In this document: positions 12,335 to 26,800 of the stretch, piece after piece
How the letters are laid out: each line of letters starts with the position of its first letter
Numbering within the stretch: position 1 is the first letter of the stretch
Source: Vicugna vicugna
Taxonomy: Eukaryota
DNA: 64,000 nucleotides
Direction: 5' to 3'
NCBI GenBank assembly: GCA_013265495.1
Contig: MU058290.1
Span: 434,001-498,000 of the forward strand
Notes under the pieces: generated by a model
Database searches by the model: none
Seen by the model: only the letters and a program-made list of their open reading frames with translations
Told to the model about the DNA's origin: nothing
Position numbers and translations under genes: made by a program

Positions 12335-13899
12335 GTGTCTATGAGCTGTGAAAGGCCATAATTACTGAATATTTCTGGAATAGCAGAGGAACTTCATTTT
12401 CTTTGTCCAAACAAGAAACTGAGATTCATTTATGTATTCATTAGTAATTCAGTATTTTTTGAGTTTTACAATTTGCTAGGTATTTTTTTTCTAGATACTG
12501 GAGATACAGTAGTGAACAAAATAGATTAAAATTCCTTTCTCGTATAACTTATCCTAGGTAGGAGAATGCAATGTAGACTGACATTACAAAGAATAATTCC
12601 CTTTTTCTCTCCTCTTAAACTAAATATATCAGGTTAGCTCTCTTTTTGGCAAACGCATTTTAGAGTTGACTGAGGTTATTGCTGTGTCAAACAGCAGTGT
12701 CATGAAGGTGACTGAGGATGCACACGATTTTTGCATTTAGATGGGTTTCTGTAATTTTTTTTTAATGATAAAGAACTGCATTTCCTAAGTGCTCCATGAA
12801 CTGTCACCTAATGCAGCTGCTTGTAGGCAGGTGTCTTGTTGGATCATGTGATTTTGGAGCAGGAAAACATGTGGGACTTTTGATGTCCTTTAAAAATTGA
12901 CAGTGGCTATTTCAACCTAACTTGATTCACTTTCTCTAGTACCATTGTGTACCAATTTCATGGGTAAATCAATCAACTTTGCTGGAGAAACTATCTGAAA
13001 AAACAGCACCAAAAAGGGGCCATCTGGATAGGTAACTTGAAAGATACAATTATCAATAACCTGACCATGTTGAAATAGGTCTATGCTCTGGGAAAAGAAT
13101 GCAGTGGTGTGCTGGAACCCTTCTCTGGGTCAAGTTTGTTTAGCATATTACTCGATTCTCAGGTGTCTAATAAGAACTCCCAAGATTCTGTCCATCTCTG
13201 TTTTAATATGTGTTACCACCGGGCTTTGCTGGCCGCAGCTAGGGTGGGAGGGGGAGGGGGAGTAGATGATGCATTATTGGCTCCATCTTCTACGTTTTTG
13301 CTCAACTTGTAAATTCATCTGTCTTGGGGCTCAGATTAATTTTCAAGTGATTTTATATTTATTACTCATGAAAGGGAGCTGAAGGCAGATTTTTATTTAA
13401 AAATTTCATATTTGTAAAATCACTCTCTACCATATTCACTTAGGATAAAAATATTCAGAACTTTTGCCTTTTTGAAGGCATTTTCCCCCCTAAATTTGCC
13501 TTGTCTCTTAGTAGATTGTTTAAAAACTCATGTCAGGGTCATTTGGCACAGTCCTTACTCAAAAGTGACAGAAGACAGGATTTACTATAACCATTGAACT
13601 CAGGTAATATAATGTCAGAAATTAAAACAAAACAAAACTTTTATGAAGTTGTGAATTTATAATATTTTAGAGAAATGACACCTGGATTTTATCAGTTCAA
13701 GGAATCTGTTGCTTAGTAGCAGTTGTGTTTTTTGATCTGGCTTGTTTTTGTGGTTTTCCTCAAATCCTAGTTTGTATGTAGTCATCTAGTTGACCATCTT
13801 ATTACTGGAAATGTGGATAGCTGAGAAAATATTTGAGGACCTTCTTTTTTTCCCTGTATGTTTTAATATCACGTCTTTTGCTTTTATCCTTCACACACA

Positions 13900-14630
13900 G
13901 TTTGGCTGCAATTCTCTTTGCTCTGTTTCTGAAATACACCTTGAGTCTTGATGCATCTGCTCCTCTCTCTTTCCCTTGCACCCCCTAGTTCAAGATGCCC
14001 TTATTATTTCTCTGGGTTACTGCAAAGTCCTCCCAAATGATCTCTCTTTGTTTCTCTACAAACAATTCCCTACATAGCAGCCAGACTGACTTTTTAATAA
14101 TATAAATAAGGTCATACAATTTTCTTGTGTGAAAACATCAAATAATTTCTGCAACCTAAAATAAAATCCCAACTCCATTTTATGATGCATGACCCCCGAA
14201 TGATTTGGCTTCCAGCTACTTCACCGATTTCTTCCCTTCTCCTTCCCCGTTTCCTGGTCTGCCTTTCCCTCTTCCCTCCTCTTCAGTTACACAGGCCTCC
14301 TTTGTATCCTGGAAGAAGCCAAGTTCTTCTCTGACCAGGTTCTTACTTTAAGTGTTCTCTTTGCCTGGAAATCCCATATGGAGGCCATTTTTCAGTTTCT
14401 AGCCTAATGATTCTGTTCTTCTGAACACTGTATGTAAGTTTCACTGCTTTTTTGTTTGTTTATAAATTTATATTTACTTTTTTCCTAGTTCTTATCAAAA
14501 CCTGAAGCTATTTTATTTATGTACTTATTTGCACATCTTTGTCAGCTGAATGAGGGCAAGACCCTTGTCTGTTGAGTTCCTTGTTTTATTATAGTTGTGG
14601 CACAAAGTAGGTATGTAATAAACTGTTGGT
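13900..14630. mobile_element. L2 LINE remnant
   Basis: L2 3' words: catagcagccaga, aaaataaaatcccaactcc, tttgcctggaa, tgagggcaagacc and gtggcacaaagtagg. Confidence 0.55.
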
Positions 14631-15919
14631 TAACTGCTCTCTCTTTTTGAAAAATGTTTTTCTAATTATAAAATTTGTTTATTATAGAAACTTTGGAAAA
14701 TGCATGCATTATAATGAAGAGAATAAAATCTTTTAAAATATCTATAAACAGAAGACATTTTTGGGAGAAAATGTTCCAACCTAAAAACAAAATTATTTAT
14801 CTGAAAGTGATATTTACTTCATGTGAACCTAAAAAATAATGTGAGTAAAATTTGTAGGAATGTATTATATAAAACTTCTCTGTATTTCCTGAAGTTAGCA
14901 GACCATTGGTAAGGATTTCAGGAAATTAATTTGAAAGGATGTATGAGAGATTGGTAATAGAAGCTATTCTGTTTTAACTGATTTTCTCTTCAACTGCTAA
15001 AAATTGGCAGCAGAATGGAAGAGAGGAAAGAGACGGGCTTATATTTTGTTAATATTTAAAAAACAAAATAACACGATTTATGGATTTAGAATAGTTATTT
15101 GACAATTGTAATTTTTGTTTTTAAATGTAAAATGGGAATTGTACTACATAATTCTTCACACTTTTCATCTTGGAGGTGTTTCTTGTTATTCTGGGACATG
15201 TAGACTTGGAAATCTAGAAGTGATATATAATCCTGGAATGGAGACTCTTGCTGGATAATGTATTAATTATATATGAAAGACTCAGGGTAAGATTCAGGGT
15301 TCAGGACGGTTCCTTTTCACTATAGTTTTCCAAGTACAAGCCTGACAAAATTATTCAGGTAAATAGAAAGTGTGTAAAAGTATTTTATGCTTAGCCTAAT
15401 AAAACTGAGTGTGGGTAAAGGCAGAGATATTCCCAGTGAGCTGTTTTGTTACTCATCTTTTGTCACTGAGTTCCTAAGAATTGAAAGCAGCTGCTGTGTT
15501 AACTGGTCATTCTCAGATGGCCAGCTCCCCCTGGATGGCCGCAGAGGGCACTGTGACCATGGTAGTGGGAACGAGAGAAAAGGGGCTCCAGGGTGAGTCT
15601 GCGCACCCACCAGGCTGCTTGGACAGAGAATCAACGATCAAAGCAAACAAGCTTCACTTCTAAACTTGTTAAAATAGTTATCCAGAAGTCTGGATGCTAT
15701 ATATGCATTCTGACTTTTGACTTCTGGGTGCTAATTTAACAATCTGGATATTTTTGACCCATAATTTCTTTCTCCCTAAAGCTGGATCCCAGAAACCACA
15801 GTGAAGTGGAACCTGGTATCCTCAGTTGCTTTTCTCAGCATTCAGTCCAGACAGTCCCCCTGTGAGCACAGTCCTCTGCCTTGCTGGCCTGGAAAGGCTA
15901 CTGCCTGCAGGAGCAGTTT

Positions 15920-16130
15920 CCAGAGCTGGACCATTAGGGTCTGAATCCTGCCTCCACCACTTTCCAGTTGTGGTTGCTAGACAAGTAATTAACTTCTCTA
16001 TGCTTTGGTTTCCTTTTCTTAAGATAGATAGAATAAGACTACTGACTACAGAGGTTGTTTTGAAGATTAAATGGCATTTTATCCCACTGTGTACACTTCC
16101 TTGAAAGCTGTTGGAAGTAAGTATACTCAT
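15920..16130. mobile_element. MIR SINE
   Basis: gggtctgaatcctgcctccaccac...acaagtaattaacttctctatgctttggtttcc...gaggttgttttgaagattaaatg. Confidence 0.7.
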
Positions 16131-16629
16131 CCATTGTTGGCAAGTGGTAGGCAACTGTGGTATACTAGAAGTCTTACTGAATTTGAATATGGGAGCACAG
16201 GATTTGAATTGCAGCACTTAAACGTTGTGTTGTTGTGGAAAATTCTATAAGCTAGTTATTTCTTGCCTCTTAGTTTGCTCAAGTGTCAGATGGAGGTGAT
16301 AGTGCCTTCCCCAAAGGGTTGTTATGAAGACTATATTCATAAATTGACAGGGTGGAAGCATCTTGCCCATTATCTGACATAGAGTAAATGTTAGATGTTT
16401 TGTGTAAAGCTGTGGCAGAGTTAACAGGAGATTTCAACAATGTAGATTCTTCAGCTATATTTAAATATTTTTTTCTCCTCTGAGCACTAAATTACCTTCT
16501 TTCCTGTAGCAGAAGAGGGGAAGCTTCTCTTCCTTGCAGGCTTTTCTGAGAGTACAAACAGCTGTGTTTGTGGTAAGGAGTTGGGAGAGAAGGTGCAAAA
16601 AGTAGGTTGGATGAAGATCAGTGAATGAA

Positions 16630-17420
16630 TGTGCTTTAGGATCCATGGATTAGAAACAGAGCTATCTTTTACTCCTTGAGGAATCATTTACTGTCTCTAG
16701 AAGGAGGACAGTGCCAGGAGACAGGTCTGTGATAATTATTCCCTTGCTCACTCCCTGTGTTCTCTGGAGACCATTGTGCCTTCATTTATGCTTTTATTTT
16801 TTCCAGTGGTGGAGGAAGTAATGTCTTTTATAGGGTCTAAATCTCTGAGAGACAGCCGGAGGTGCCATCGATAGGTTCATCAGTCACCCCCCAGACCTGT
16901 TCAGAATACCTCTCATATGGTCAAGGGAAATTCTGTCAAACAAAACCCAAGTAAGGTATCTGATTGAAGGAGTTTATTTTTTGGTCTTCTGAGAAATTGT
17001 TGTCAATTGTGGGTTCTGGGCACCGATACCCATCTTACTGTCAGACAGAGGAGATTGGTTACAGGGAGTAATGGAGCTCAGTCAAGGGGTCTGTGGAATC
17101 ACTCTTTTCCCAAAACCACCATGACCTCTCGGTGATCTTTTCCTCTCTTCTCTTAGTTAGATCTTCTGAGTCACAACAGTTCCACTGAAGAACCCTGCCT
17201 CTCGTGGGACACTCACAGGCCCAAGTATATTTTAGCCATGGGGCTGTTGTAGGGTCATTATGGGGCAACATGCAGAGAAGCTGCAAAGGGTGTTGGGCTT
17301 TATGTTTTCCTCATCCCCAACACAGGAGCAGGTCTTTTAGCACAAGTCGTCCCCTGTGCCTTCAGACTCCTCAAAAGAGTTTTCATCTTAGACATCTCAC
17401 TTCCTGTTTAAGCACCTTTG
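16630..17420 (-). promoter_or_regulatory. Putative promoter/upstream block of the OR11G2-like gene
   Basis: Lies 4.3-5 kb upstream of the ATG. Homeodomain TAATTA next to TTCCC at 16733-16743 and TCTCTGGAGA at ~16761. Paralogous to 230-950 and 30440-31560. Confidence 0.45.
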
Positions 17421-18757
17421 ATGTTTCCCTCATCCACAGCATAAAACTCAAAAGTTTATAACCTGTTCAGTAAAGCCCCTGCCACACCCCTCTGCCCTGC
17501 CTCTTAAGTCTTGCCTCTCAGAGTTTGCTGTGCTTTTGTCCTATGCTCCAGCCATAGTTAGCCCATGCACACACAAAACTCCAGCCATGGATTTGTTGAG
17601 TGAGTCAATTTACTCTCTGAAAGGCATGAAAGACCATCCTGATTCTGAAAGCAGGAGACGCCATCTCTGTCGAGCTTTGCAAAGAGGCAAATTCATATAT
17701 TCAGATTTGGCAGGTTTATAAGTTAATTGTGTGCAAGAGAATCCCTGTGTTACTATGCTTTTATTTATTTATTTATTTATATTTGCCTTTCCTACCCCTG
17801 CTGGTACCTGTGATTAGATCTTGGAATACGTTAACATTATGAGCAGGTACACTATAGGTTGAATAGAATATTTTGTGCTAACTTAGGTACCTAATCACTA
17901 TTCATAATGTTTATATGGAAAAAAGTGTATTGCAAATTTTAATCTTTGGCTTGAATTTGTATATTTTCAGCAATGGTTACCTTAAAAGTACACACTTCAA
18001 ATGGGAAACTTATCACAGAATGGGATTAAAAAATAAAAACATCAGTCATAACTAAATCTTCAGAAGAGTTGATGTTGTTTTATTCATGCAGTATTCTTTC
18101 TTTCCTTTCACATTTCTAGTCAACTGCTTTAAGGATGAAGTAAAGGTATTTGTGCATCATGATAAACTGTTAGTAATACTAGGCAATATTCAGGCTGTAA
18201 CTAAATACTGTTTCTCTGTTTGTTAATTATGAGTTTACACAAGTCCAGTAGCTGAATTTAGTGTTTATAATGAGTTCAGACCAACACTGAAAGTAATTTT
18301 TATTTTTATTTTCTGTAGAAAAAGATTCTTAAAAATCTTGTGTTGAATCTAGTAAGCATTTATCATTTAGAATTCAATGATTCTTATTCCTATTTATTTG
18401 TACTACAAAATAGTTACTTTAATTTTCAAATATAAAAATTTAGTTTTGAAATAAAAATCTTTCCAAGAATTGTATGAAAGAATGACTTTGTTTTTAGAAG
18501 TCTACTTTATAACCTTGAAATTTTCACGAGTTTACTAACATCCAAAGGCTCGTGTGATTTTAAAAATGATCAATTTGTGAGCTTGATTGCATCATGGGTT
18601 AGGAAAAAAATCTGTCTTCACCTCTTTCTATAAAAGATATGAATAGGATAGTTGAAGTAATTATAAAATAAAGTCTCTAAGTTATATAATAGTATTATAT
18701 CAGTATAAACTTTTTGAATGTGATAATTATACTGGGTTATGTGAGGAAGCTTATTTT

Positions 18758-18805
18758 TTATTGATGGCTTACAATGTGTTAGTTTCAGGTGTATAACAGT
18801 GATTC

Positions 18806-18841
<36 letters not shown>

Positions 18842-20450
18842 ATATATATATGTAGTAGGACCTTGTTGTTTATCTTTTTATACGTAGTACTTAGTGTCTG
18901 CAAATACTGAACTCCCAATTTATCCCTCCCTTCCTTTCCTCACCAGGTAATCACAAATTTGTTTTCTATGAGAGTATCTATTTCTGTTTTGTAAATAAGT
19001 TTATTTGGCTCATATTTTTTAGATTCCACATATAAGTGATATCATATGGTATTTTTCTTTCCCTTTCTGGATTGCTTCATTTAGTGTGATGATCTCTAGG
19101 TCCATCCATGTTGCTGCAAATGGCATTATTTTATAGTTTTTTTATGGCTCAGTATTAATTCCATTGAGTATATGTACACCACATCTTCTTTATCCATTCA
19201 TCTATTGATGGACATTTAGGTTGTTTCCATGTCTTGGCTGTTGTAAATAGTGCTGCTGTGAACATTGGGGTGCATGTATTTCTTTTGAATTAGAGTTTTC
19301 TCTGGATATATGCCCAGGAGTGGGATTGCTGGATCATAGGGTAAGTCTATTTATAGTTTTTAAGGAACCTCCATACTGTTTTCCATAATGGCTGCAACAA
19401 ACTACATTCCCACCAACAGTGTAGGAGGGTTCCCTTTTCTCCACACCCTTGCCAGCATTTATTGTTTGTGGACGTTTTAATGATGGCCATTTTGACTGGT
19501 GTGAGGTGATACCTCGTTGTAGTTTTGATTTGTATTTCTCTGATAATTAGCGATATTGAGCATTTTTTCATGTGCTTATTTGGCCATTTGTGTCTTCACT
19601 GGAGAAACGCTTGTTTAGGTCTTCTACCCATTTGTTATTGTGCTGTATGAACTATTTGTGTATTCTGGAAATTAAGCCCTTGCCAATCGCTACATTGCAA
19701 ATATTTACTCCCATTCCTTAGCTTGTCTTTCCATTTTATTTATGTTTTCCTTTGCTGTGCAAAAGCCTGTAAGTTTAATTAGGTCCCATTTGTTTATTTT
19801 TGCTTTTATCTCTATTGCCTTGGTAGACTGCCCTAGGAGAACATTGCTAAGATTCATGTCAGAGATGTTTTGCCTGTGTTTTCTTCTAGGAGGTTTATAG
19901 TGTCTTGTCTTATATTTAAGTCTTCATGCCATTTTAAGTTTATTTTTGTGTATGGTGTGAGGGAGTGTTCTACCTTCATTTATTTACATGCGGCTTCTCA
20001 ACTTTCCCAGCACCACTTGCTGAAGAGACAGACTGTCTTTTCTCCATTGTATATTCTTGCCTCCTTTGTTCAAGATTAACTGACTGTAGGTGTGTGGGTT
20101 TATTTCTGGGCTCTCCATTCTGTTCCACTGATCTGTGTGTCCGTTTTGTGTCAGTACTATGCTCTTTTGTTTACTGCAGCTCTGTAGTATTATCTGAAGT
20201 CTGGGAGGGTTATTCTTCCAGCTTTGTTCTTTTTCTTCAGTTTTGCTTTGGCAATTCTGGGTCTTGTGTGATTCCATATAAATTTGGGGATTATTTGTTC
20301 CAGTTCTATGAAAAATGTACTGGGTAATTTGATAGGAATCACCTTAAATGTGTAGATTGCTTTGAGTAGTATGGCCATTTTAACAATATTAATTCTTCCA
20401 ATCCAAGCACATGGGATATCACTCCATTTCTTTAAATCATCTTTAATTTT
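18758..20450 (-). mobile_element. 5'-truncated lineage-specific LINE-1 with degenerate TSD and a (TA)n microsatellite near its 3' end
   Basis: ORF2 motifs [13 protein letters not shown]...ITLPDFR and LLHCWWEC. Flanks gaggaagcttatttt (18743-18757) and gaggaaacatatttt (20451-20465) match at 13/15. Confidence 0.9.
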
Positions 20451-22109
20451 GAGGAAACATATTTTATTTCTAGAAGATACACACTGAATCATTTAGGTGT
20501 AAAAGGGGCAAGTTGTCTGCAACTTACAGTTAATAATAGACAGTCATACATTAAGGGCAGAGAGAGGAAGATAGATATAAAAGGACCTAGAGAGACTAAT
20601 TTAGCAATTGTGGTAAAATTTTAACAATTTGGAATCTAGATGAAAGGCATATAGTAGTTTTGTATTTAACTATTTTTACAACTTTTATTTAAAGGTGAAA
20701 TTTTATTTCAAAATAAAAAATTCAAAAATCATTAGATCACTTTTATTTATCAAGTATGTCTCTCTTTTTTTGGTTCTTAAGGTCATCTTTGGAAGCACAT
20801 AGTCTTTTTAAACATTTTCAGATAAAATCCTTTTTCCTTATTATTTAACTGGGTCCTAAATTAAGATAACAAAAAGGAGAAAAAAATGCAAAAATATGGA
20901 GAAAATCTTTAGGGAATTATTTCAGCTGTAGCAACATGTAAGTAGGTAAAGGAAATTCTGCTCTTCTGCAGATCTTTTGTGGTTTATGCCTGACTAAACA
21001 TACAACTCTCCGAAATCTGTAATCATTGGCTAATCAACATTTACTATGTATCTTCTACTCTTTATGAGATTTGGAAAAGTAGGGAAATGCAAGGAACGAT
21101 AAAAGATTGTCCTCATCTATAAGACATTTATCATGGGGAAATGAACATGAATGTTCCAGAGGAAAAAATTTGAAAAAGATGCCAGGGATAAGGTATTTTA
21201 TAAAATTATTTAATGAATAAGAACTTTAGAGCTCCAAAGGACATTTACCTTGGGGTGGGAAGATAATTAAATTCTAGATATAAAGGTCCATTCACAATCC
21301 AGAACATACTTCATGTGGATTTATCACTGAAGTAAATGTGAAAACTTCTTCAGTAATATTTTTACACTTTGTGATATTTCTTTAGAAGTATTTTTCATAC
21401 TTTCTCAAATATATATACACTTAAATATACTTAAATACACTTAAATATGTATATGTCCATATTTAAGTAAATAAACTAGGTTGTAAATTGTAATTTGTAT
21501 TATATTTTGCTTTATTCTAGGAGTATTTACTTTATTCTAGGAGTTCATTTACACTTGTAAGATAAATCAATTTAAATGGTAATGAAATATATGCTGTCTG
21601 TCAACCTTTTAATCAGACATTAATTCAGGAATATGAGGCATAAACAACTGTACAATGTGATTGGTAACAGTCTTCAGTTTGAAATGTTGCTAGCATGACT
21701 TCATCACCATTTATATCAGCTTATATCAGAGTTAAACTTCTCCTTTTCTGTACAGTACCAGTGACACTGACTGACATGAAAGTGAATGTGCCAACAGGCC
21801 TTTTCTCTTCTGTCCACTACGAAGTACTCACTTTTCAATCTTCCTGTTCCTGCCCCCATTCCCTCAAAGGACTTAGTGCTGTCTCTTATTTTAATTCTGA
21901 GAAAGTTAAGAAAAATACTTTTTTGAAGTTACAAATAGTAGCTTTGTTAGAAAAAGTAAGGGACATCATGGTTACTGTGGTTTTATATAGATGCATATCC
22001 TTAAGGTACGCCAGTTCTTTTAAACTGGGAAACTCTGAGCTAGATTTATCTTTATTATTATTTAAAAAATAATTTTTTAGAGAATAAAATGATCATTAAC
22101 CTTCTGTTA

Positions 22110-22619
22110 CAGACCTTCTTTGTCCTACAATGGGGTTACATCTTGATAAAACCTTTGTAAGTTGAAAATATTATAAGTCAAAAGTACATTTAATACACCT
22201 ACTCTACTGAACATCATAGTTAAGCCTGGCCTACCTTAAATGTGCTTAGAACCTTTCATTAGCCTACTGTTGGGCAAAATGAGATAACATAAAGCCTATT
22301 TCATAATGAAACTGTTGAATATTTCATATAATTTTTTTGAATACTGTACTGAAAGTGAAAAACAGAATGGTTGTATGGGTACAGAATGGTTGTGAAGTGT
22401 ATAGATTGTTCATCCTTGTGATCACGTGGCTGACTGGGTGCTGTGGCTTGCTGCCAGTGCCCAGCAGCATGACAGGGAATCTTACCATATTTCACTTACA
22501 GGGGAAAAGATCAAAATTCAAAATTCATAGTATGGTTTCTACTAAATGTGTATTGCTTTCCTGCTATTGTAAAGTTGAAAAATCTCAAGTTGAACCATCA
22601 TTAAGTAGTGAGTAATCTG
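22110..22619 (+). mobile_element. Tigger-family (MER47/Tigger5-like) non-autonomous DNA transposon
   Basis: TA|CAGA...TCTG|TA termini; internal atggggttacatc...cctaccttaaa...ttgggcaaaat; homologous to 33202-33680. Confidence 0.8.
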
Positions 22620-23119
22620 TACTTGATATTGAAACATTTGACAGTAAAAGTATAAAATTGGAAAATTGTATCTTTTTCACCTTCTCCCATAGCAACTTAT
22701 AATTCCCTTGTTTACAGCACATCTTGCTCCATTTACCACTTGTTTTAATGAACCATACAAGAGAACGAAATGTGTCTTATTCCCTTTAGTATATGACTTA
22801 CCTTCTACCTCAGTGCCTAGCATACTGAATGTGTTTGTTTTAATGGATAAGTGACTATGCAGGAAGACAATACAATAATTAAAAGAGAGCCACTTTCAAT
22901 TTTTCATAGTTTGTTTACTCAAAGGTCCTCAGAGGAGGAAGACATTTCCTACTTTGTTCCAACAGAACCAAATAATTCTAGTGAGATGACACCAAGAGGT
23001 TGTCACTTTTTCTTTTTCATTTTCCTAACAAACAGTCCACTTCCTAGTTTCCCAAAGAATCACAGAATTATGAATAAATGTTTCCCTGGTTCTAATTTCA
23101 TAGTGAAATAGTTTTAAAA

Positions 23120-23960
23120 TTTATTTTTTAATGTTAACATTAAATGTTGTTTAAATGTATGCTTAAATGAAATTATGTACATATAGAATAAAATTTTAAA
23201 AATACAAAGGCATATATACAGGGAAAATGTCTTCATCTTTCCCCATCCTTAGACACCCAGTTCTTTCCCAAAAGCATCACTGTTACTAGTTTCTTCTTTC
23301 TTCTTCAAGAAGCACACAATGTATTTATGAACATAAATATATACATATTTACATAAGCTTTCTTCACATGAAAGATAGCCCAAGATACAGATTTCTTTTC
23401 TCTTGCTTTTCATTTAACTTTGGGGATAGTTTTATATCAATATGTATAGATCTTCATTTTTAATGGTTGTAGAGTCTATCCCATTCTATGAATGTACAAT
23501 AATTTACCTAATCAGTCCTTAATCAATAGGAATTTAGATTGTTCCAATCTTTTCCTGTTAGAAACAGTAGTCAATATTCTTGTACATGTGCCATTTTTCT
23601 TATGTGTGAGTACACTACTTAGATAAATATCGAAGAGCAGAATTGCTGTGTCAAAGGGAATGCCCTTAAAATTTTGATAGTTTTTTTCATAAAATGTCCT
23701 CCATAGATGTTGTACCAATTTATGCTCTTCTAACAAAGGATGAGATTGCTGTTGTTCCCAACATTATTTTTGACCTTTGTCAATTTGGAAGTAAAAGAGG
23801 TATATTTATTATAATTTTCCTTGTATTTCTAGAATTCTGAGTAAAATAGAATGTCTTTTCAGATATTTAAAAGCCTTTGCTGTTTACTTTTTCATATATT
23901 TGGCACCTTTTTTACTATGCTGATGCTATTTTTCTTATTGATCCGAAGATACTTATATAT
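23120..23960 (-). mobile_element. Ancient L1 (L1M-type) fragment
   Basis: Degenerate ORF2/3' sequence (ORF 23512-23736 contains IPFDTAILLFDIY). Confidence 0.55.
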
Positions 23961-24012
23961 GCATCAAGTATATTATAATTGATATCTCTGTAATTGATGC
24001 TACCATGATAGA

Positions 24013-24790
24013 TGTTTTAGAGGACAGAAGTATAAGCTCAACTAGAAGAGTAAAGAATGTGTTCTCATTGGAAGGGCAATAGAAGACTTTAGGATTTGCC
24101 CTACTGTTGTAACCTTGTGCTATTTATAAGCACAAAAACAAATAAAAAATAAGAGGGTTAATTATCCCTGCTAAAAATAAAGGAACAGACTTTCCCCTCC
24201 CCACCTTTTTAGAGTATTTACTTCAGAAAACTTACAGTTAAGTTCTTTTTCTGTCTCTGAAGTGTACGTAAAGTTTTAAAAATGTTAAATCACGCTGTTG
24301 CCAGATTTATGACCCAGGAATGTCTCTGTCAAGGAAATGATAAGTCTCTTTGAAATGTAATCATCAAGGTAGATAGGACCCAATCTTTCAGTTCCTGTGA
24401 GAAGATAGGAGCCTAACTTTGGTGGTCTAACTACAAGTTGCAAAACTGCCTCCTGTCATATAGATATGTTATTCTTCCTTTGTGTGAAGCCAATTAGCAA
24501 ACACAGATGGCCATCCCAATTATAAGTGAATCTAGGATAAGCTATGTATGACAAAATGTTCAAGTCTTTTTGAGGATTAGTTATTGTTTATCTTGAGAAC
24601 GTGTGTGTGTAAAGGATTGTATTTACTTGGCTATATAAATGGATGAGATCTCTCAGTAGATTGCCTGTGGTGGCTATATTCTCTTGCTTTAATGCTTATT
24701 CAATAATAAAACTGTTTTATTCTCTTCTGCCGTTGTGGAGAGGTTTTCTAGATTGGCAGGAGATTCGTTTTTAATTGTATTTTCCCAACA
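24013..24790 (+). mobile_element. ERV solo LTR
   Basis: TATA (ctatataaa ~24631), AATAAA (~24704) and a tttcccaaca end. The 5' boundary is uncertain. Confidence 0.6.
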
Positions 24791-25028
24791 AAGTCAACTC
24801 AGCTTTTCAATCTATGACTCTATCATTTGCAAAATTAGGGTTATGAAGTACATCTTTGTGATTCCTTATAGCACTGTAAATTCCAGGAAATAAAAAACAC
24901 TATGGTGTATAAAGTTCAAAAACAATATAAACAATTTTCTGAGTGATGTCAGTCAGTCTTCTTTTTAACTAAGAAATTAAACAGATTCTGCCCACTCCCC
25001 AAAATATTTTAAACCAAGACTCTTACTT

Positions 25029-25951
25029 TTATGTTCCTAATAATTTCTTCATAGCACGTTTCATATCTTTGTTTCTCAGGCTGTATATTACAGGGTTAAT
25101 GAATGGAGTGACTACAGAATAAAACAAAGTCACTATTTTCTGCATTCCAGCTTCATGTTCAGATGTTGGGCTCACATACATGACCATCACTGAGCCATAG
25201 AAAAGGGAAACCACAGCCAGATGGGACCCACAGGTGGAGAAAGCTTTTCTTTGTCCAGCTGCTGAAGGGAACCTCAACACAGCTCTCAGGACCAGAGCAT
25301 AGGACACCATGATGAAAAGAAAGGGAATAAATAAGAGCAGAGAACTTAAGGTGGAGCTCATTAACTCTATTACAGGGAATCTAGTACAGGTGAGGGCCAA
25401 CAAGGGGCCTGGATCACACAGGAAGTGGTCAATAATCCTGGATCCACAGAAGGACATTTGGGAGATGATGATGATGGGAATTAAGAACCAGAGGAAACCA
25501 AGTACCCAGCAGCTGACCACAAGATTGGAGCAGAGTCGTCCAGTCATAAGAGTTGGGTAATGTAGAGGCCAGCAGATGGCAAGGTAGCGATCAAATGCCA
25601 TAATAGCCAAGAAAAAGCATTCTGTAGAACCCAAGGAGAAGAAAAAGTAGAACTGGAGAAAGCACCCAGAGAAGGAGATGACCTTGTTGTCAGAGAGGAA
25701 GTTGGCCAACATGTTGGGGACCGTGGAGGTGACATAGCAGATCTCCAGGAAGGAGAAGTTGGCGAGCAGGATGTACATGGGGGTGTGGAGTCTCTGATCC
25801 CAGCAAGATGATGGATGCCCATGAGGGTCAGGAGGTAGACACCAGAGAAGAGCACAAAGAGGAGGATCTGGCCCTCCCTGGAGCAAGGGAAGCCCAGGAG
25901 GATGAAGCCAGTGATGGTACTGGTGTTGTTGGGGTTGTTAGAGATTTTCAT
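25029..25951 (-). pseudogene. OR11G-like olfactory receptor pseudogene (frameshift after TM1)
   Basis: 923 nt versus 936 nt for the paralogue, owing to 8-nt and 5-nt deletions at ~25805-25816. The ATG frame goes out of register after LTLMG. The downstream 285-aa ORF starts at TTG and has a non-OR N-terminus. Confidence 0.9.
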
Positions 25952-26139
25952 GGGTCTGGGAGCTGTAGAAAGATCATCAAATTATTAAATGATGTAGAGA
26001 CATACAGGGACCCAGATATATATTGAAGTCACCCTGGGGAATGTAGTAAACACATATATCAATAGTTACTGTTTTTGTCTAATCCTGAAATACTGTCCTG
26101 GCTCAGTGTTGGGACTGTAAAAATACTATCAATAGATAC

Positions 26140-26800
26140 ACTTCTTTATTGTGAGATGTATGGAAACATGTTTAACATATAAATCATTATATACAAAACT
26201 CTGCAGTAACTACCACTGAGGCCAAGAAATAGATTATCACTTGTACCCTAGAATCTCCTCTCATGCTCCAACTTCTGCCTCTCTCTCCCTCCAACTGTAA
26301 CAATTTCCTTTCCTCATGGTAACCACCTTCCTCTTTTTATTTTAATAAATACGTATGCATTTTGAAACAAAATAATTTAGTTTTTCTTGTTTTTGTACTT
26401 TACATAAATGAAATCATGATATATGTAGTACTTTTGGATGGCTTCTTTTGTTCAATGGTTAAGTTTTCTGAAATTCATGTTGTCCATGTATCTATCGTTT
26501 GTCCGTTTTACTGCTCTGTACTATTACATTCTATGAATAAACCACCACTTATTTAACCAGTCTACTATAGGTGAATATTTTAGCTATTTCTAGTTTGGGG
26601 CTATCAGGAGTAATGCTACTACAGATATATAGTTCCTTTTTCCTGGTTCACATGTGTATGCATTTCTACAGCATGGATCATAGGGTGTCTGTATCTTCAA
26701 CTTTAGAAGATCGAGTTAAACAGTGTTACATCATTACTGCACTATTTATCACTGTCACTGACAGTAATATGAGAGCTCTGATTGTCAATATCCTTTTCTA
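26140..26800 (-). mobile_element. Ancient L1 (L1ME-like) fragment in the OR 5' intron
   Basis: aaatgaaatcat...tttctagtttgggg...ggatcatagggt pattern of old L1 3' regions. Confidence 0.5.

Noticed and set aside
11529..12361. Short overlapping or antisense ORFs within OR genes (also at 25309-26026, 44528-45182 and 51007-51306)
   Set aside because: These are shadow frames of the OR coding sequence. They recur between paralogues only because the OR sequence is conserved.
25029..25886. 285-aa ORF as an intact OR
   Set aside because: It starts at TTG and its N-terminus is the out-of-frame reading of TM1, so it is a product of the frameshift.
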